A stretch of 64,000 nucleotides of DNA, from assembly GCA_018819225.1 (NCBI GenBank), contig JAHJQN010000003.1:128001-192000 (forward strand). Direction: 5' to 3'. The stretch's first letter is position 1. Every line of letters starts with the position of its first letter. Positions 28,525 to 38,173 of the stretch are shown in pieces. The translations under genes and the position numbers were made by a program. The stretch comes from Candidatus Micrarchaeota archaeon. Lineage in GTDB: Archaea > Micrarchaeota > Micrarchaeia > Norongarragalinales > SBBD01. The notes below the pieces were generated by a model. The model saw only the letters and a list, made by a program, of their open reading frames with translations, did not search any database and was not told the DNA's origin.

Positions 28525-29271
28525 ATGGCAAAATTCTTGTTCGTGAAGGGAGTTCATCCTTCCGAAACGCACGCAATCGAGGCCGCCAAACGCGTGGCCA
28601 TTGAATTACGAAAACGGGGGCATAGCGTGCGCGAAATCCGCGTTCCGTACGCATTAACCAATCGGGGATTATTCGAAGGAAAACTGCTTCCGTTGGTCGC
28701 ACGATTCGTTATAGCCAGAAAAAAGTTAGGACAGGCAATGAATCCGGGAAATGTAAAGGATGCATTAAGCATGCCTGCAGAAAAATGGGTGATTGCCGCC
28801 TCACGGCTCATGCCCAGACGCTTGGTTGTGGAATGGCACAATTCGAATTACGCAACATTATCTCCCATTGAATGGTGGGGAAACATGGTGCGCATCGACC
28901 CGCATCGAGAATACTATAACGTGCCGGTACGCGGAGTCGTCGTAGAAACCCAGGCGCGCTACCGCCCCCGAAAAAAATGGCTGAGAGAAAAACTGGCGAA
29001 ACGCTTGAGAAAATACGGAGATTTGTTTCTGAGATCGGAAAGCGGAAGGGACGAATTGCAGCATCACGCCGACATCCATCGGATGTCGAATTACGTTCTG
29101 CGCGAAGCGGATCCGGAACGAACATGGCGAATGCTTCCAAAACGCTATGTGGAGACGATTGCGGACGAACTCGAGCGAGCCGAACGCATGGTGGGAAGAA
29201 CCAATGAAGGGTATAAAGTCAAACGGTTCCCCCGGCCGGATTTCGAATCCGCCACGAAGCCGATGCGTTAA
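28525..29271 (+). CDS. Hypothetical basic protein
   Basis: Long ORF; GVHPSE and EWHN resemble a degenerate zinc-hydrolase motif (weak). Confidence 0.5.
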   Translation: MAKFLFVKGVHPSETHAIEAAKRVAIELRKRGHSVREIRVPYALTNRGLFEGKLLPLVARFVIARKKLGQAMNPGNVKDALSMPAEKWVIAASRLMPRRLVVEWHNSNYATLSPIEWWGNMVRIDPHREYYNVPVRGVVVETQARYRPRKKWLREKLAKRLRKYGDLFLRSESGRDELQHHADIHRMSNYVLREADPERTWRMLPKRYVETIADELERAERMVGRTNEGYKVKRFPRPDFESATKPMR

Positions 29272-29307
29272 TAATTCCTTGACGCCTATTCCGTGAGGGT
29301 GATGCGA

Positions 29308-29628
29308 ATGGCTCTCGTGAACGCTGATGATTCCAGTTTCGAAAAAGAAGTTCTGCAAAGCAAGGAAGTCGCCATCGTCGATTTTTACGCGGACTGGTGC
29401 GGGCCGTGCCAAATGATGGCACCGAAATTCGAACAACTCGCGCATGAAATGCAGGGGAAAGCCAAGTTCGTGAAATTGAATACGGATACGTCACCAAAAA
29501 CCGCGCAAGCGTACGGCGTCATGAGCATTCCCACGCTCATTGTATTCAAAGGAGGGAAAGTGGTGGACCAAACCACGGGCGCGATACCCAGAGACAATAT
29601 CCAACAACTCGTTGAACGCCACCTGTAA
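29308..29628 (+). CDS. trxA: Thioredoxin
   Basis: WCGPC, SIPTL. Confidence 0.95.
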   Translation: MALVNADDSSFEKEVLQSKEVAIVDFYADWCGPCQMMAPKFEQLAHEMQGKAKFVKLNTDTSPKTAQAYGVMSIPTLIVFKGGKVVDQTTGAIPRDNIQQLVERHL

Positions 29629-30291
29629 TCAAAGCATGCGGCGCAAGCGCTCGCGCGAATCCGTTAATACGACGCGACCGTTCGAGGAAGCGCGACCGTG
29701 ACCCGGCAAAATCCATTCCACATCCAGTTGCATCAAGCGCTCGAAAGAATCCAGTAGAGTCGGCAAGTCACCGGAAGGCAAATCGTACCGGGGAACGCTT
29801 CCTTCCGTAAATACGGTGTCTCCTGAGAGCAAGGCTTTGCGAGACGGTTCGTACAAACAAATCGCGCCCACGCAATGACCGGGCGTGTAAATCACTTGAA
29901 ACGTCAAAGAGCCCAGCTCTAAACGATCCCCATCCTTGAGCTCGCGGTCAATGGAATGGCGGGGGAGATCCAAATGAAACATGCTGGCGACTGAAATCTC
30001 GGTATCGCGTTGTTTTATTACCGCAGCGGCCTTCTCATGCATGGCCACGGGAACGTGCGGAAAATAATCATTTCCCGCAATGTGATCAATGTGCGGATGC
30101 GTATTCACGACGTAATCCAGTCGCGGAAAACCGGAAATACTGGCAAACGGATTTCCGTTCAACGTGCTGCACGTATCCACCAACAACGCGCCCTTCGAAC
30201 CCTTAATCAAGTAAGCGTTGGGATCCGGAGGCTTCTCGGCAGTGACCAAGAACCCCGGAATGACTTCATGAGGCCGAAGGAAATGCGTCAT
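29629..30291 (-). CDS. Metallo-beta-lactamase-fold hydrolase (glyoxalase II-like)
   Basis: THPHIDHIAG, TPGH, SGD, PGHG. Confidence 0.9.
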   Translation of the reverse strand: MTHFLRPHEVIPGFLVTAEKPPDPNAYLIKGSKGALLVDTCSTLNGNPFASISGFPRLDYVVNTHPHIDHIAGNDYFPHVPVAMHEKAAAVIKQRDTEISVASMFHLDLPRHSIDRELKDGDRLELGSLTFQVIYTPGHCVGAICLYEPSRKALLSGDTVFTEGSVPRYDLPSGDLPTLLDSFERLMQLDVEWILPGHGRASSNGRVVLTDSRERLRRML

Positions 30292-31407
30292 TCATTTCCT
30301 GCCCCGGAACTCCATGGCTTTTCGAACGCGTTCGTGAGCTAACTGCATGGCCGCATCACGCGCCGGAATCTTCTGTTCTTTGGCACGCTTGAGTACCTCC
30401 CGCGTGTTCGCTACGATCTTCTTTTCCACGATCTCGAACATTTGTTCAGGAGAACCGCCAATGGTTTCCACGTACGAGCTGATTACCCCGCCCGCGTTCG
30501 CCACGATATCCGGAATCACGATCATGCCCTTCTTTTCAAGTTCCACTTCAATTTTAGGATCCACGGGAAGATTGCCGCCTTGCGACATGATCTTGCACTT
30601 GACTTGATCTTTGTTGCCGTCGTGGATCACGTCCGGGCGAGCCCCTGGAATCAACACGTCCACGTCCAAACCGAACAGTTCTTCCGACATGAGCACTTGA
30701 CCCGAACCATAATTCTTGACCGCACCGGTTTCCGTCTTGACGCGCTCCAGTTTCGGAATGTCTAAACCGTTCGGGTCGTAAATCGTTCCCTTGGAATCGG
30801 ATACTGCAACGATTTTACAGCCTTTCTCGCTCAAAAACCGAGCGCAGAACACGCCGACGTTCCCGAAACCTTCAATGGCTACCGTGGCGCCATCGGGCTT
30901 CATGCCCGCGAACTCCATGGCCACGAAAATGCTTTGGGCTACTCCGAATCCGGTGCTGCCTAACTCGTGCGGCAACCCGTTCAAGTAAATGGGCTTGCCC
31001 GTCGAACCCCCCATGAAACCGATTTCGTCCGCGAAAGCGGCCATCTCTTTCTCCGTGGTATTCATGTCCGGGCCTGCAATGTACACGTCGGGAACTAAAT
31101 GCCGGATTTTTTTAGCGAACGCACGCATCCACTTCACCTTATCCACTTTTTTCGGATCTCCTCTAATTCCGGCTTTCGCTCCGCCAAAAGGAATGTCTGC
31201 AATCGCGTTTTTCCACGTCTGCGCCCGCGCCAAGCGGTACACTTCTTCCACGGTGACGTCGGGAACAAAACGAATGCCTCCCTTACCGGGACCGCGCGCC
31301 GTATTGTAAACGCAAAGAGTGCCTTCCATACCCGTCTGCGGGTCGTACACGTTGTAAATGCGTTCCGGGCCCCACTCATCTTTCTGGATTTCCTTGGACG
31401 TCATCAT
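30292..31407 (-). CDS. gdhA: Glu/Leu/Phe/Val dehydrogenase (glutamate dehydrogenase-like)
   Basis: GKGGIRF, PFGGAKAG, GPDMNT, EGFGNVG, ANAGGV. Confidence 0.88.
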   Translation of the reverse strand: MMTSKEIQKDEWGPERIYNVYDPQTGMEGTLCVYNTARGPGKGGIRFVPDVTVEEVYRLARAQTWKNAIADIPFGGAKAGIRGDPKKVDKVKWMRAFAKKIRHLVPDVYIAGPDMNTTEKEMAAFADEIGFMGGSTGKPIYLNGLPHELGSTGFGVAQSIFVAMEFAGMKPDGATVAIEGFGNVGVFCARFLSEKGCKIVAVSDSKGTIYDPNGLDIPKLERVKTETGAVKNYGSGQVLMSEELFGLDVDVLIPGARPDVIHDGNKDQVKCKIMSQGGNLPVDPKIEVELEKKGMIVIPDIVANAGGVISSYVETIGGSPEQMFEIVEKKIVANTREVLKRAKEQKIPARDAAMQLAHERVRKAMEFRGRK

Positions 31408-31489
31408 GGTCTGAACACCTCAAATGCGTTTCCGAACAGATTGGAATAGCAAGGAACAATGTCTTTAAAAAACGTTATCGGCTTCGGCG

Positions 31490-32590
31490 TTAGACGAATT
31501 TTCTGCAGATGCGTTGAACGACTTCACGATGTTCAGGAAGAGCAGCAACCAACAAACCCGTTTCCTTCAACTGAGGAAATATCGCTTTTGCAATAAACGA
31601 CGCCTGCTGCAACGGAACCAGCTTACCATCATTGAGAAGCACGGGCAAATCACTGCCACCCAACGTCTGCGAAGAAGCACAGACTACAAATGCGGACGAA
31701 TCGATATGCTGTGCGAGCTCGTTCTCGAGTTTATCGGAAGAACGCGCGTCGAAATCGCTGGCAACGAAAGCGGTTTTGAATAAACGACGATCCAGAATGC
31801 GTTGCACCAACGGAAGATCACGCAATTCAAGCAAGAGCTCGTGATCCAAGCCATTCTGAATGTCGCCGATCGAGATTCGGCTTTCCTCGAGCGCGTTTTC
31901 CAAGGCGTTCTCCATCATCTTGGAAGCGATGCGGTTCGCGTGATGATGGTAAACGGCGCGAAACATGAGGTAACGGGAGACGAGAAGACTTTCAGCAGAC
32001 AACAAGCCCTTGTGCCGGAGGACGAGTTGATTGCGGGAAAACGCCATGCTTCTCAGCAATCGTTCCGCGTCCACGAGCGAATAAGAGACGCCGGTGAAGT
32101 GCGCGTCCCGCAACAAATAGTCGATGCGATCGGTGCCGAACGCGTTTGAAATCACTTCCGCTTTCGGGCCGCGCATCAACTTCAATAGCGAGGTCGGCGA
32201 GAAACCGCGTGCTTTGAGGACGTCGGCAATGGAAGAACGCTTGATCTTGTCTTCCCCGAGCTGTTCATGGGTTTTTCCCGCGTGCTTGCGCACCAACGCT
32301 TCCGATAAATGGGAAAAAGCGGAATGACCGACATCGTGTAATAATGCGGCGAAGCGCAATAACTGCTGCTCGCTCTTACTGGGAAACAAGCGCTCGGAAA
32401 GCAAGGACGTTAAATGAAACGTGCCCAGGCTGTGCTCAAAACGATTGTGCGTAGCCGAAGGATAAACGAGGTAGGCGAGGCCGAGCTGACGCACGTAACG
32501 CAGGCGCTGCATGTCCGGGGTATCCAGAACAGCGAGCTCGGCTGCATTCACTTCAATGTTTTGGTGAACCGCGTCCCTAATTATTTTCAT
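31490..32590 (-). CDS. HD-domain phosphohydrolase (SAMHD1/dNTPase-like)
   Basis: QRLRYVRQLG, HNRFEHSLG, LLHDVGH, DRIDYLLRD. Confidence 0.9.
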   Translation of the reverse strand: MKIIRDAVHQNIEVNAAELAVLDTPDMQRLRYVRQLGLAYLVYPSATHNRFEHSLGTFHLTSLLSERLFPSKSEQQLLRFAALLHDVGHSAFSHLSEALVRKHAGKTHEQLGEDKIKRSSIADVLKARGFSPTSLLKLMRGPKAEVISNAFGTDRIDYLLRDAHFTGVSYSLVDAERLLRSMAFSRNQLVLRHKGLLSAESLLVSRYLMFRAVYHHHANRIASKMMENALENALEESRISIGDIQNGLDHELLLELRDLPLVQRILDRRLFKTAFVASDFDARSSDKLENELAQHIDSSAFVVCASSQTLGGSDLPVLLNDGKLVPLQQASFIAKAIFPQLKETGLLVAALPEHREVVQRICRKFV

Positions 32591-32659
32591 GGCATTTCCC
32601 ATCGAATTCGTTAGTCATGCTTTCTTCCTGAGAAAAGTCGCCCCAGAATGATCTTCATG
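32574..32659. repeat. Hairpin-element unit between two copies of the HD gene 5' end
   Basis: Unit 32611-32640 matches the tRNA-Lys unit at 25/30; minus strand ATGAAGATCATT upstream versus ATGAAAATAATT at the gene start. Confidence 0.65.
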
Positions 32660-32672
32660 TCGCTCACGATGC

Positions 32673-33275
32673 CTACAACACGGCTTTGAAGATGCCGCGT
32701 TTCTTTTCGATGACGTCGCCATGCTCCTTCATGACTTGCAGCACGGCCAAACAACCGACCTCCTCCATTTTCAGTTGGGAAGCAAGCGTCGGGAGGGGAA
32801 CCGCGTCTTCGCCGAGCGCTTGCAGCACGTTACTGGACCATTGATGCAAGTACGTCTCGGAAACCAGGTAAAACTTGCGGTCGAAACCCCGCACTCCGAA
32901 AATGCGCTTGCCCTTGATTTGCTGCTCCAGAATTTGGGAGAGACGACGCGCCTCCGTTTCGTTGGGTATGACAAAAAACCCTTGTTTTTTCAGCGTTTCC
33001 TCAGCGGATTCATTCGATTGAACCGGAGGCGTTGGTGAGCGAACCGGAGCAACAATAGAAGCGGAACGGGGAGCCTCTTCAGAAAGACGGGACAACAGTT
33101 CCGTGAACACGTTCTTTTTCACGCGTTCCTCGAGCTGACGCTTTTCAACGAGAGCGAACAGGCCGAGAGACAACTCGAAAAACTCGAATTCATCGTTCTC
33201 TTTCACGGATGCGCTCTGGCGCAGCTTTTCAGGCAGCACGATCGCTAGCGAGTCACCATGTCTGAAAAATCGCAT
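32673..33275 (-). CDS. AbrB-like N-terminal domain protein with a C-terminal wHTH-like region
   Basis: MRFFRHGDSLAIVLPEKLRQ...KENDEFEF. Confidence 0.65.
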   Translation of the reverse strand: MRFFRHGDSLAIVLPEKLRQSASVKENDEFEFFELSLGLFALVEKRQLEERVKKNVFTELLSRLSEEAPRSASIVAPVRSPTPPVQSNESAEETLKKQGFFVIPNETEARRLSQILEQQIKGKRIFGVRGFDRKFYLVSETYLHQWSSNVLQALGEDAVPLPTLASQLKMEEVGCLAVLQVMKEHGDVIEKKRGIFKAVL

Positions 33276-33337
33276 AACCCCTCTGCTTTCACTAAGAGGA
33301 GGCGCATTAAAAAAGCGTGCGGCTTGAAAAAATGCGC

Positions 33338-34348
33338 ATGAATCAAACCCTTGCGATATCCGCGGTACTGTTCGCCATCGTGCTGGCAGGCTGCGTTCAA
33401 GAAGACCCGGATGCAGCCGCCATGCAATCCGCTCAAGCAAAGGGCTTGAACTTTTTGGAAACGCTGGATATCCAGCAGGATACGATGACGCCCGGCGAAC
33501 TATACCGGAGCACTGCCGAAGACAAGTATGAAGGGATTTCGGAGCTGGAACTCTATCGTCAAATGGATTTCTACATCAACGTCGCGTATTTGGAAGAGGG
33601 GTTGGAGGACTCGCTACGCTTGCAAGGAAAAATTGAGAAGGCGCACGCGTTATTTGATTCGTTGGTGCCGAAATGGGAGGAAGGAAGCATTGATTACACG
33701 TATTTCGACCCCGGCGGGAAACAGGGGGATTATGCGTTCGACTTGTATTGCATTACCGCGCTGCAACAGAAAAACGAGCGCATGGAAAAAAAAGTCTTGT
33801 CCGAACTATTGGAAGCGGGATGGCATACGCCGGAAGCGCAAGGATTCCGCGTGATCATCGACGAAAGCTGGTGCCTATCCCTGCTGGCAGCGTACCATGA
33901 AGATGAAATGATCCTGAACAAGGAAATGAATGACAAGAAAGAGGCCTTGAGGCGTTTTCGTGAACGCGCCATGGAGGGATTAGACGAGGAACAGGCGTTC
34001 ATTTTCAACTTCCAGAAAACCATGGCCTCCACGCATGTGCTCATGCTGCTGCATCACATGAAAATAAACGGGTACGGAATGGATGAAACTTATGCAAGAG
34101 AATTGCAGCAGCAAATAGCGGAGGAAACGCGCGAAAACATGGAAAAAAAAGATTACCTCGTGAACGCGTTGTACTGGCTATCCGTCACGGATTACGAGGA
34201 CGAAGCGTTTTTGAATCAATTGGCCGCGCGGCTCGTTGAAACGCAGGAAGAGAACGGGGCATGGAAGGCGGCATTTGATTCCGAACACTTTCAAGGGCTC
34301 ATGACCGCCCGCGCACTGCTCGCACTCGAAGAATTCAAGGGAAAATAA
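33338..34348 (+). CDS. Lipoprotein with alpha/alpha-barrel-like QEENGAW repeat
   Basis: Lipobox LAGC; acidic helical body; QW-like motif near the C-terminus. Confidence 0.65.
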   Translation: MNQTLAISAVLFAIVLAGCVQEDPDAAAMQSAQAKGLNFLETLDIQQDTMTPGELYRSTAEDKYEGISELELYRQMDFYINVAYLEEGLEDSLRLQGKIEKAHALFDSLVPKWEEGSIDYTYFDPGGKQGDYAFDLYCITALQQKNERMEKKVLSELLEAGWHTPEAQGFRVIIDESWCLSLLAAYHEDEMILNKEMNDKKEALRRFRERAMEGLDEEQAFIFNFQKTMASTHVLMLLHHMKINGYGMDETYARELQQQIAEETRENMEKKDYLVNALYWLSVTDYEDEAFLNQLAARLVETQEENGAWKAAFDSEHFQGLMTARALLALEEFKGK

Positions 34349-35200
34349 ATGAAAAAAGAACGCTTGCGGTTGTTCGCACTCGCTTTTCTGATCGCGGGAG
34401 GCGCCACGCGCATCATTTCAACCGCATCCAATGCATTCCATTTTCCGTTAACGGTATTGGAAACGCAAGTGTTGCTCACCGCCGGATTCATGGTGTTGTG
34501 GGCGGTGCTGGCTAGGAATCAAGGTGAAAAATGGGGCTTGAAATGGCCGGGAAAAAACGACTGGAAAAAAACATTTGCGGCACTGGGACTGATGTTCATT
34601 ATCGGAATCCTGGGACGCGTCCTGTCACCGGATATGGACGCGTGGTACGCCGGCATTGCCTGGCTGCATGACTGGACGTACGTGCAACAAATGTTGTTGA
34701 CGTGGATTCCGCTCGCCGTGATTTTAGAGGAAGTGGCGGTGCGAGGCATTTTGCAAAGCAAGCTGCAACAACGGTTCTCGCCGAAAATCGCGATCCTGAG
34801 TGCGGCGTTGTTCTTCGCGTTCATGCACGCGTATCTACTAACGTATTCCGCGGCGAACGCGTATGGAATCGCCTCTTTTCTCATGATCATCGCGCAAGCG
34901 TTCTTGATTACGCTGCTGTATTACTGGACGAGGAGTTGGATCGCTACGGGTATTCTGCACCTGGTCGCGAACACGTTCGCTGCTTTTCAAACGTTTTTCC
35001 ACGTCAGCGGACAACTGGAATTGGAATTTTTGATATGGGGAATATGGGCCATCGCGTTAATTGCTTACAAAGACACCGCTGCCCGATTCGTGCAGCAAAG
35101 CATATCCATCATCAAGAAACCGTCGAAGGAAAGCGGGGGGGACTGGATGTTCCTGGCGGTTGTCATCGCACTGCCTCTCGTATTCTTATTCGTATTCTGA
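34349..35200 (+). CDS. CPBP (CAAX/Abi) intramembrane metalloprotease
   Basis: EEVAVRG, FFAFMH, HLVAN. Confidence 0.85.
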   Translation: MKKERLRLFALAFLIAGGATRIISTASNAFHFPLTVLETQVLLTAGFMVLWAVLARNQGEKWGLKWPGKNDWKKTFAALGLMFIIGILGRVLSPDMDAWYAGIAWLHDWTYVQQMLLTWIPLAVILEEVAVRGILQSKLQQRFSPKIAILSAALFFAFMHAYLLTYSAANAYGIASFLMIIAQAFLITLLYYWTRSWIATGILHLVANTFAAFQTFFHVSGQLELEFLIWGIWAIALIAYKDTAARFVQQSISIIKKPSKESGGDWMFLAVVIALPLVFLFVF

Positions 35201-35206
35201 AAGCGG

Positions 35207-36673
35207 CTAGAAGCAGCCCCATTGCGTGGGTTCGCAACCTAATGCCTCGGCTTCGTAGACACTTCCCTTCAACAACGGAATCATGAGTGGACTGCCACCC
35301 GGTGGCGGAGGACCGCCCGTGCACGAGGGATCGGTTCCTAGAGGCGTGTTAAGCGTTTGGTCGTCGCTCATGTTACATGCGACAGCACAGCTCCACGCTC
35401 TCCAGTGATACTCCGTGTTCTCCCACATTCCGGATTGATAGACTTCGTGATCCTGAGTGAACGTGGCGTTATAGGACGAATTGAATCCATAGGAAGAATT
35501 GAATCCTATTTCGACCCACGCATCCGAATCCATGTCCGTAACCCAATCAAACGTCACGTTGAAAAGACACGCTTCCACCCATTCCACGTAATTCGCGTCC
35601 ACGTTCGTGATATCTGGAACGTCTTCATCGGGAGGCGGCGGATCCAAACTCGGCGCAAGTTCTCCAGTCCATAATGAATGCGTAATGCTGTGACTGCAGA
35701 GCGCGCCTGCGCAACTCCATACACGGTAATAATAACGCGTGTTCGTGGAAAGCTGGAGAACGGTCTCGAAATGATCCGTTGTCGTCGTGGCATTCAACGT
35801 CGTATTCGTGCCGAATAGTTTCGTCAACCCGTATTCCACCAAACGGTCTGCATCAATATCGGTTTGCCAAGAAACGTTTGCAGCGGAATCGTTTGTTACC
35901 GATCCAACGAGTGAAATGATGGGGAAACTGGCTCCAAGAGTAGGCGTCGGCCCCGGAGTAGGCGTGGGAACGAAACTGTACGTGGGAACCGGACCGGATT
36001 GCGGCCATACCTTGACGTCATCAAATGCGACCAGCACGTTATAGGATTCCAAGGATACGATGCCGCTGACCAACGGCGTATCATCCTCGTAACTCAGGAC
36101 TTCCGTGCCGTCGTGGAAACACGAAATGTCGCTGCCGGACAGTACGATGCCGAGCGCGTGCCAGTTGTCATCCGGTCTGGAAATCAAGAAACCGAACTCG
36201 AGCTCGGTTTGACTGTCTAACGCATCGAATTTCAGCAAGCGAACCGAACCATCCGCTCGAACGTAGCAAACATACCGTTCGTACGAAACGGAGTTGACGC
36301 GGACGCCGACGCCCGCAACCCACGTGCTCTCCGGGCCGCGCTTCTGGTACTGCACTTCATACGCGTAATTGTACCAAGCGGGATCGCCGGTGTGCGCGAG
36401 CTTGAAATCGGCGGTAGTGGATTTTTGTACGAACTCGTTGTTTTCAGGACTCCAGTCGCCGCCGACGCTCTTCCAACGCGTCGCGCCCGTATCAAACGTG
36501 TCGTAAAGCAGGTAAGGGCGAGATCGTTCAAGGAACGCGCTTAAATCGCTGGAGGCTTTCTGAGTGGTTTGAGGAAGCAAATTGCCCCTCAAGAGCAGGA
36601 ATACGAGGGCCACGAACAGGATGATGCTAACGATGATGAATAAATACTCTGCAGACGTCTGACCTCGACGCAT
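35207..36673 (-). CDS. Class III signal-peptide protein with ConA/DUF1080-like domain, PT linker and two FN3-like domains
   Basis: RGQTSAEYL plus hydrophobic helix; GDWS...FVQ; FDDVKV; VSWQTD...VEYG. Confidence 0.75.
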   Translation of the reverse strand: MRRGQTSAEYLFIIVSIILFVALVFLLLRGNLLPQTTQKASSDLSAFLERSRPYLLYDTFDTGATRWKSVGGDWSPENNEFVQKSTTADFKLAHTGDPAWYNYAYEVQYQKRGPESTWVAGVGVRVNSVSYERYVCYVRADGSVRLLKFDALDSQTELEFGFLISRPDDNWHALGIVLSGSDISCFHDGTEVLSYEDDTPLVSGIVSLESYNVLVAFDDVKVWPQSGPVPTYSFVPTPTPGPTPTLGASFPIISLVGSVTNDSAANVSWQTDIDADRLVEYGLTKLFGTNTTLNATTTTDHFETVLQLSTNTRYYYRVWSCAGALCSHSITHSLWTGELAPSLDPPPPDEDVPDITNVDANYVEWVEACLFNVTFDWVTDMDSDAWVEIGFNSSYGFNSSYNATFTQDHEVYQSGMWENTEYHWRAWSCAVACNMSDDQTLNTPLGTDPSCTGGPPPPGGSPLMIPLLKGSVYEAEALGCEPTQWGCF

Positions 36674-36720
36674 AATCATTCACAACCTATTTCGAAAGCC
36701 GTTTTTAAAAGCATGTAGGG

Positions 36721-37422
36721 TTAGCACGGCGTGGAACACGCTCGAATGGAATCAAAAAAACCTTCTTTAACGGAGTAAACGCCGAGCAATCCTTCGGAAA
36801 ACGTGTTGTCGGTTGCGGTAAGTTTCTGCACGTCGTTTACATAAACCGTCAACTGGTTGCCGAAAACGTCGACGCGAACCGTTAAACCCGTACCCAACAA
36901 CGCGCCATCAAAACACGTGCTGCACGTGTCAAGCATGGTTACCCCGCTATCCTGCACCAATTGCAGGTTAATGGTTTCGGAAGCAGCCAGCAGCACGACT
37001 TGATAGTAATTCGAGGTATTTTGAGCCCGGAAAATCAATCCAGCGCCTTCAAGGCCCCCCATCGTCCGAATGAGTCCTTGATATGAAAAATCGCTGGGAG
37101 CGCATTGCACAAAAGAAACAAATCCGGAACCCCCATTATCCAGTTGCGCATACTCGCGGTTTTGAACGGACCAGGATCCGCTCACGGGCTCCCAATTCCG
37201 CGCCTGCGTCTTCTCAAAATTATCGTAACACAAATAGGATTTCCCGTACTCGTCCAAGAAGGTGCCGGTCTGGTGGCCAATGTTGTGTTCGGAAGCAGTG
37301 AAAACCCCCGAGCGCAGCATAATGAATACGAGGAGCACGAACAACAACGCGCCCGCAATTAGAAACGTGTACTCCATCGCGGTCTGCGCACGTTTTCCGT
37401 TCAAGCGAAGGGATAAGCTCAT
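36721..37422 (-). CDS. Class III signal-peptide protein with ConA/DUF1080-like domain
   Basis: RAQTAMEY; GLIFRAQNTSNYY; FFDSIR. Confidence 0.75.
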   Translation of the reverse strand: MSLSLRLNGKRAQTAMEYTFLIAGALLFVLLVFIMLRSGVFTASEHNIGHQTGTFLDEYGKSYLCYDNFEKTQARNWEPVSGSWSVQNREYAQLDNGGSGFVSFVQCAPSDFSYQGLIRTMGGLEGAGLIFRAQNTSNYYQVVLLAASETINLQLVQDSGVTMLDTCSTCFDGALLGTGLTVRVDVFGNQLTVYVNDVQKLTATDNTFSEGLLGVYSVKEGFFDSIRACSTPC

Positions 37423-38111
37423 GTTCCGCACTGCCCCACGCACTGGAATACGCGAATGTTGTCAAAGAACACGGCTTGCGCGTCCACGGGAGACGTGACA
37501 CCGATGTGACCTAACCGCAATGGTTCCGTTAAGTCATTCACCGACAAATACGCGATATTGTTTACGTAGATCGTTACGTTGGTACCATTTGCATCGGCGC
37601 GCAAATAAACGCCTTCTTGCAAGTCACCCGTAAAAGCGGCGGGTCCAGCTAGTAAAGCGGTGTTGCCATCCGTGGTCCGAGTGAGTTGCACGGTGTTGCC
37701 CACGTTCACCATAACCGCGTAGTAATTGGAGGCGTTACGCTTGCGGAAAATCAATCCGCCGTTGGAAGAGGTGCGAATGAACGCATTCATTGAAAAGTTG
37801 TGGAGCGTTACGGCCACCGTGCTATTGCCGGCACCAATGCCCAGGTACTCCGAGTTTTCGATGCCCCACGTGCCTTGATCCGGCGTCCAACGATACGCAT
37901 TGCCGGAGTCAAAGCTCTCGTAAAACAAGTAATAACGGGCATAGTCATTGAAAAAACGGTCCATGTCCGCTGAAATTTTGTGGGAACTGCTGGAGATGAC
38001 GCTGCCGCGCAGCATGAGAATGATCAACAACACGAAAAGAATAGCGCCTCCAATGAGGAACAAGTACTCGGTAGCCGTTTGGCCGCGGTTTTTTTTATGC
38101 ATATCCGACAA
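37419..38111 (-). CDS. Class III signal-peptide protein with ConA/DUF1080-like domain
   Basis: RGQTATEYL; GLIFRKRNASNYY; FDNIRV. Confidence 0.75.
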   Translation of the reverse strand: MSDMHKKNRGQTATEYLFLIGGAILFVLLIILMLRGSVISSSSHKISADMDRFFNDYARYYLFYESFDSGNAYRWTPDQGTWGIENSEYLGIGAGNSTVAVTLHNFSMNAFIRTSSNGGLIFRKRNASNYYAVMVNVGNTVQLTRTTDGNTALLAGPAAFTGDLQEGVYLRADANGTNVTIYVNNIAYLSVNDLTEPLRLGHIGVTSPVDAQAVFFDNIRVFQCVGQCGT

Positions 38112-38173
38112 CCTGAAAAGGAAACGGATGAGGAGTTAAAAAACGCGAGGGATCGCTATGCAAAGCCCCACCA

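Noticed and set aside
38160-38169. GCAAAGCCCC matching the element core inside the pilin-like array
   Set aside because: Only 10 bp, with no phased TGTGCA motifs or mobile genes nearby; chance cannot be excluded.
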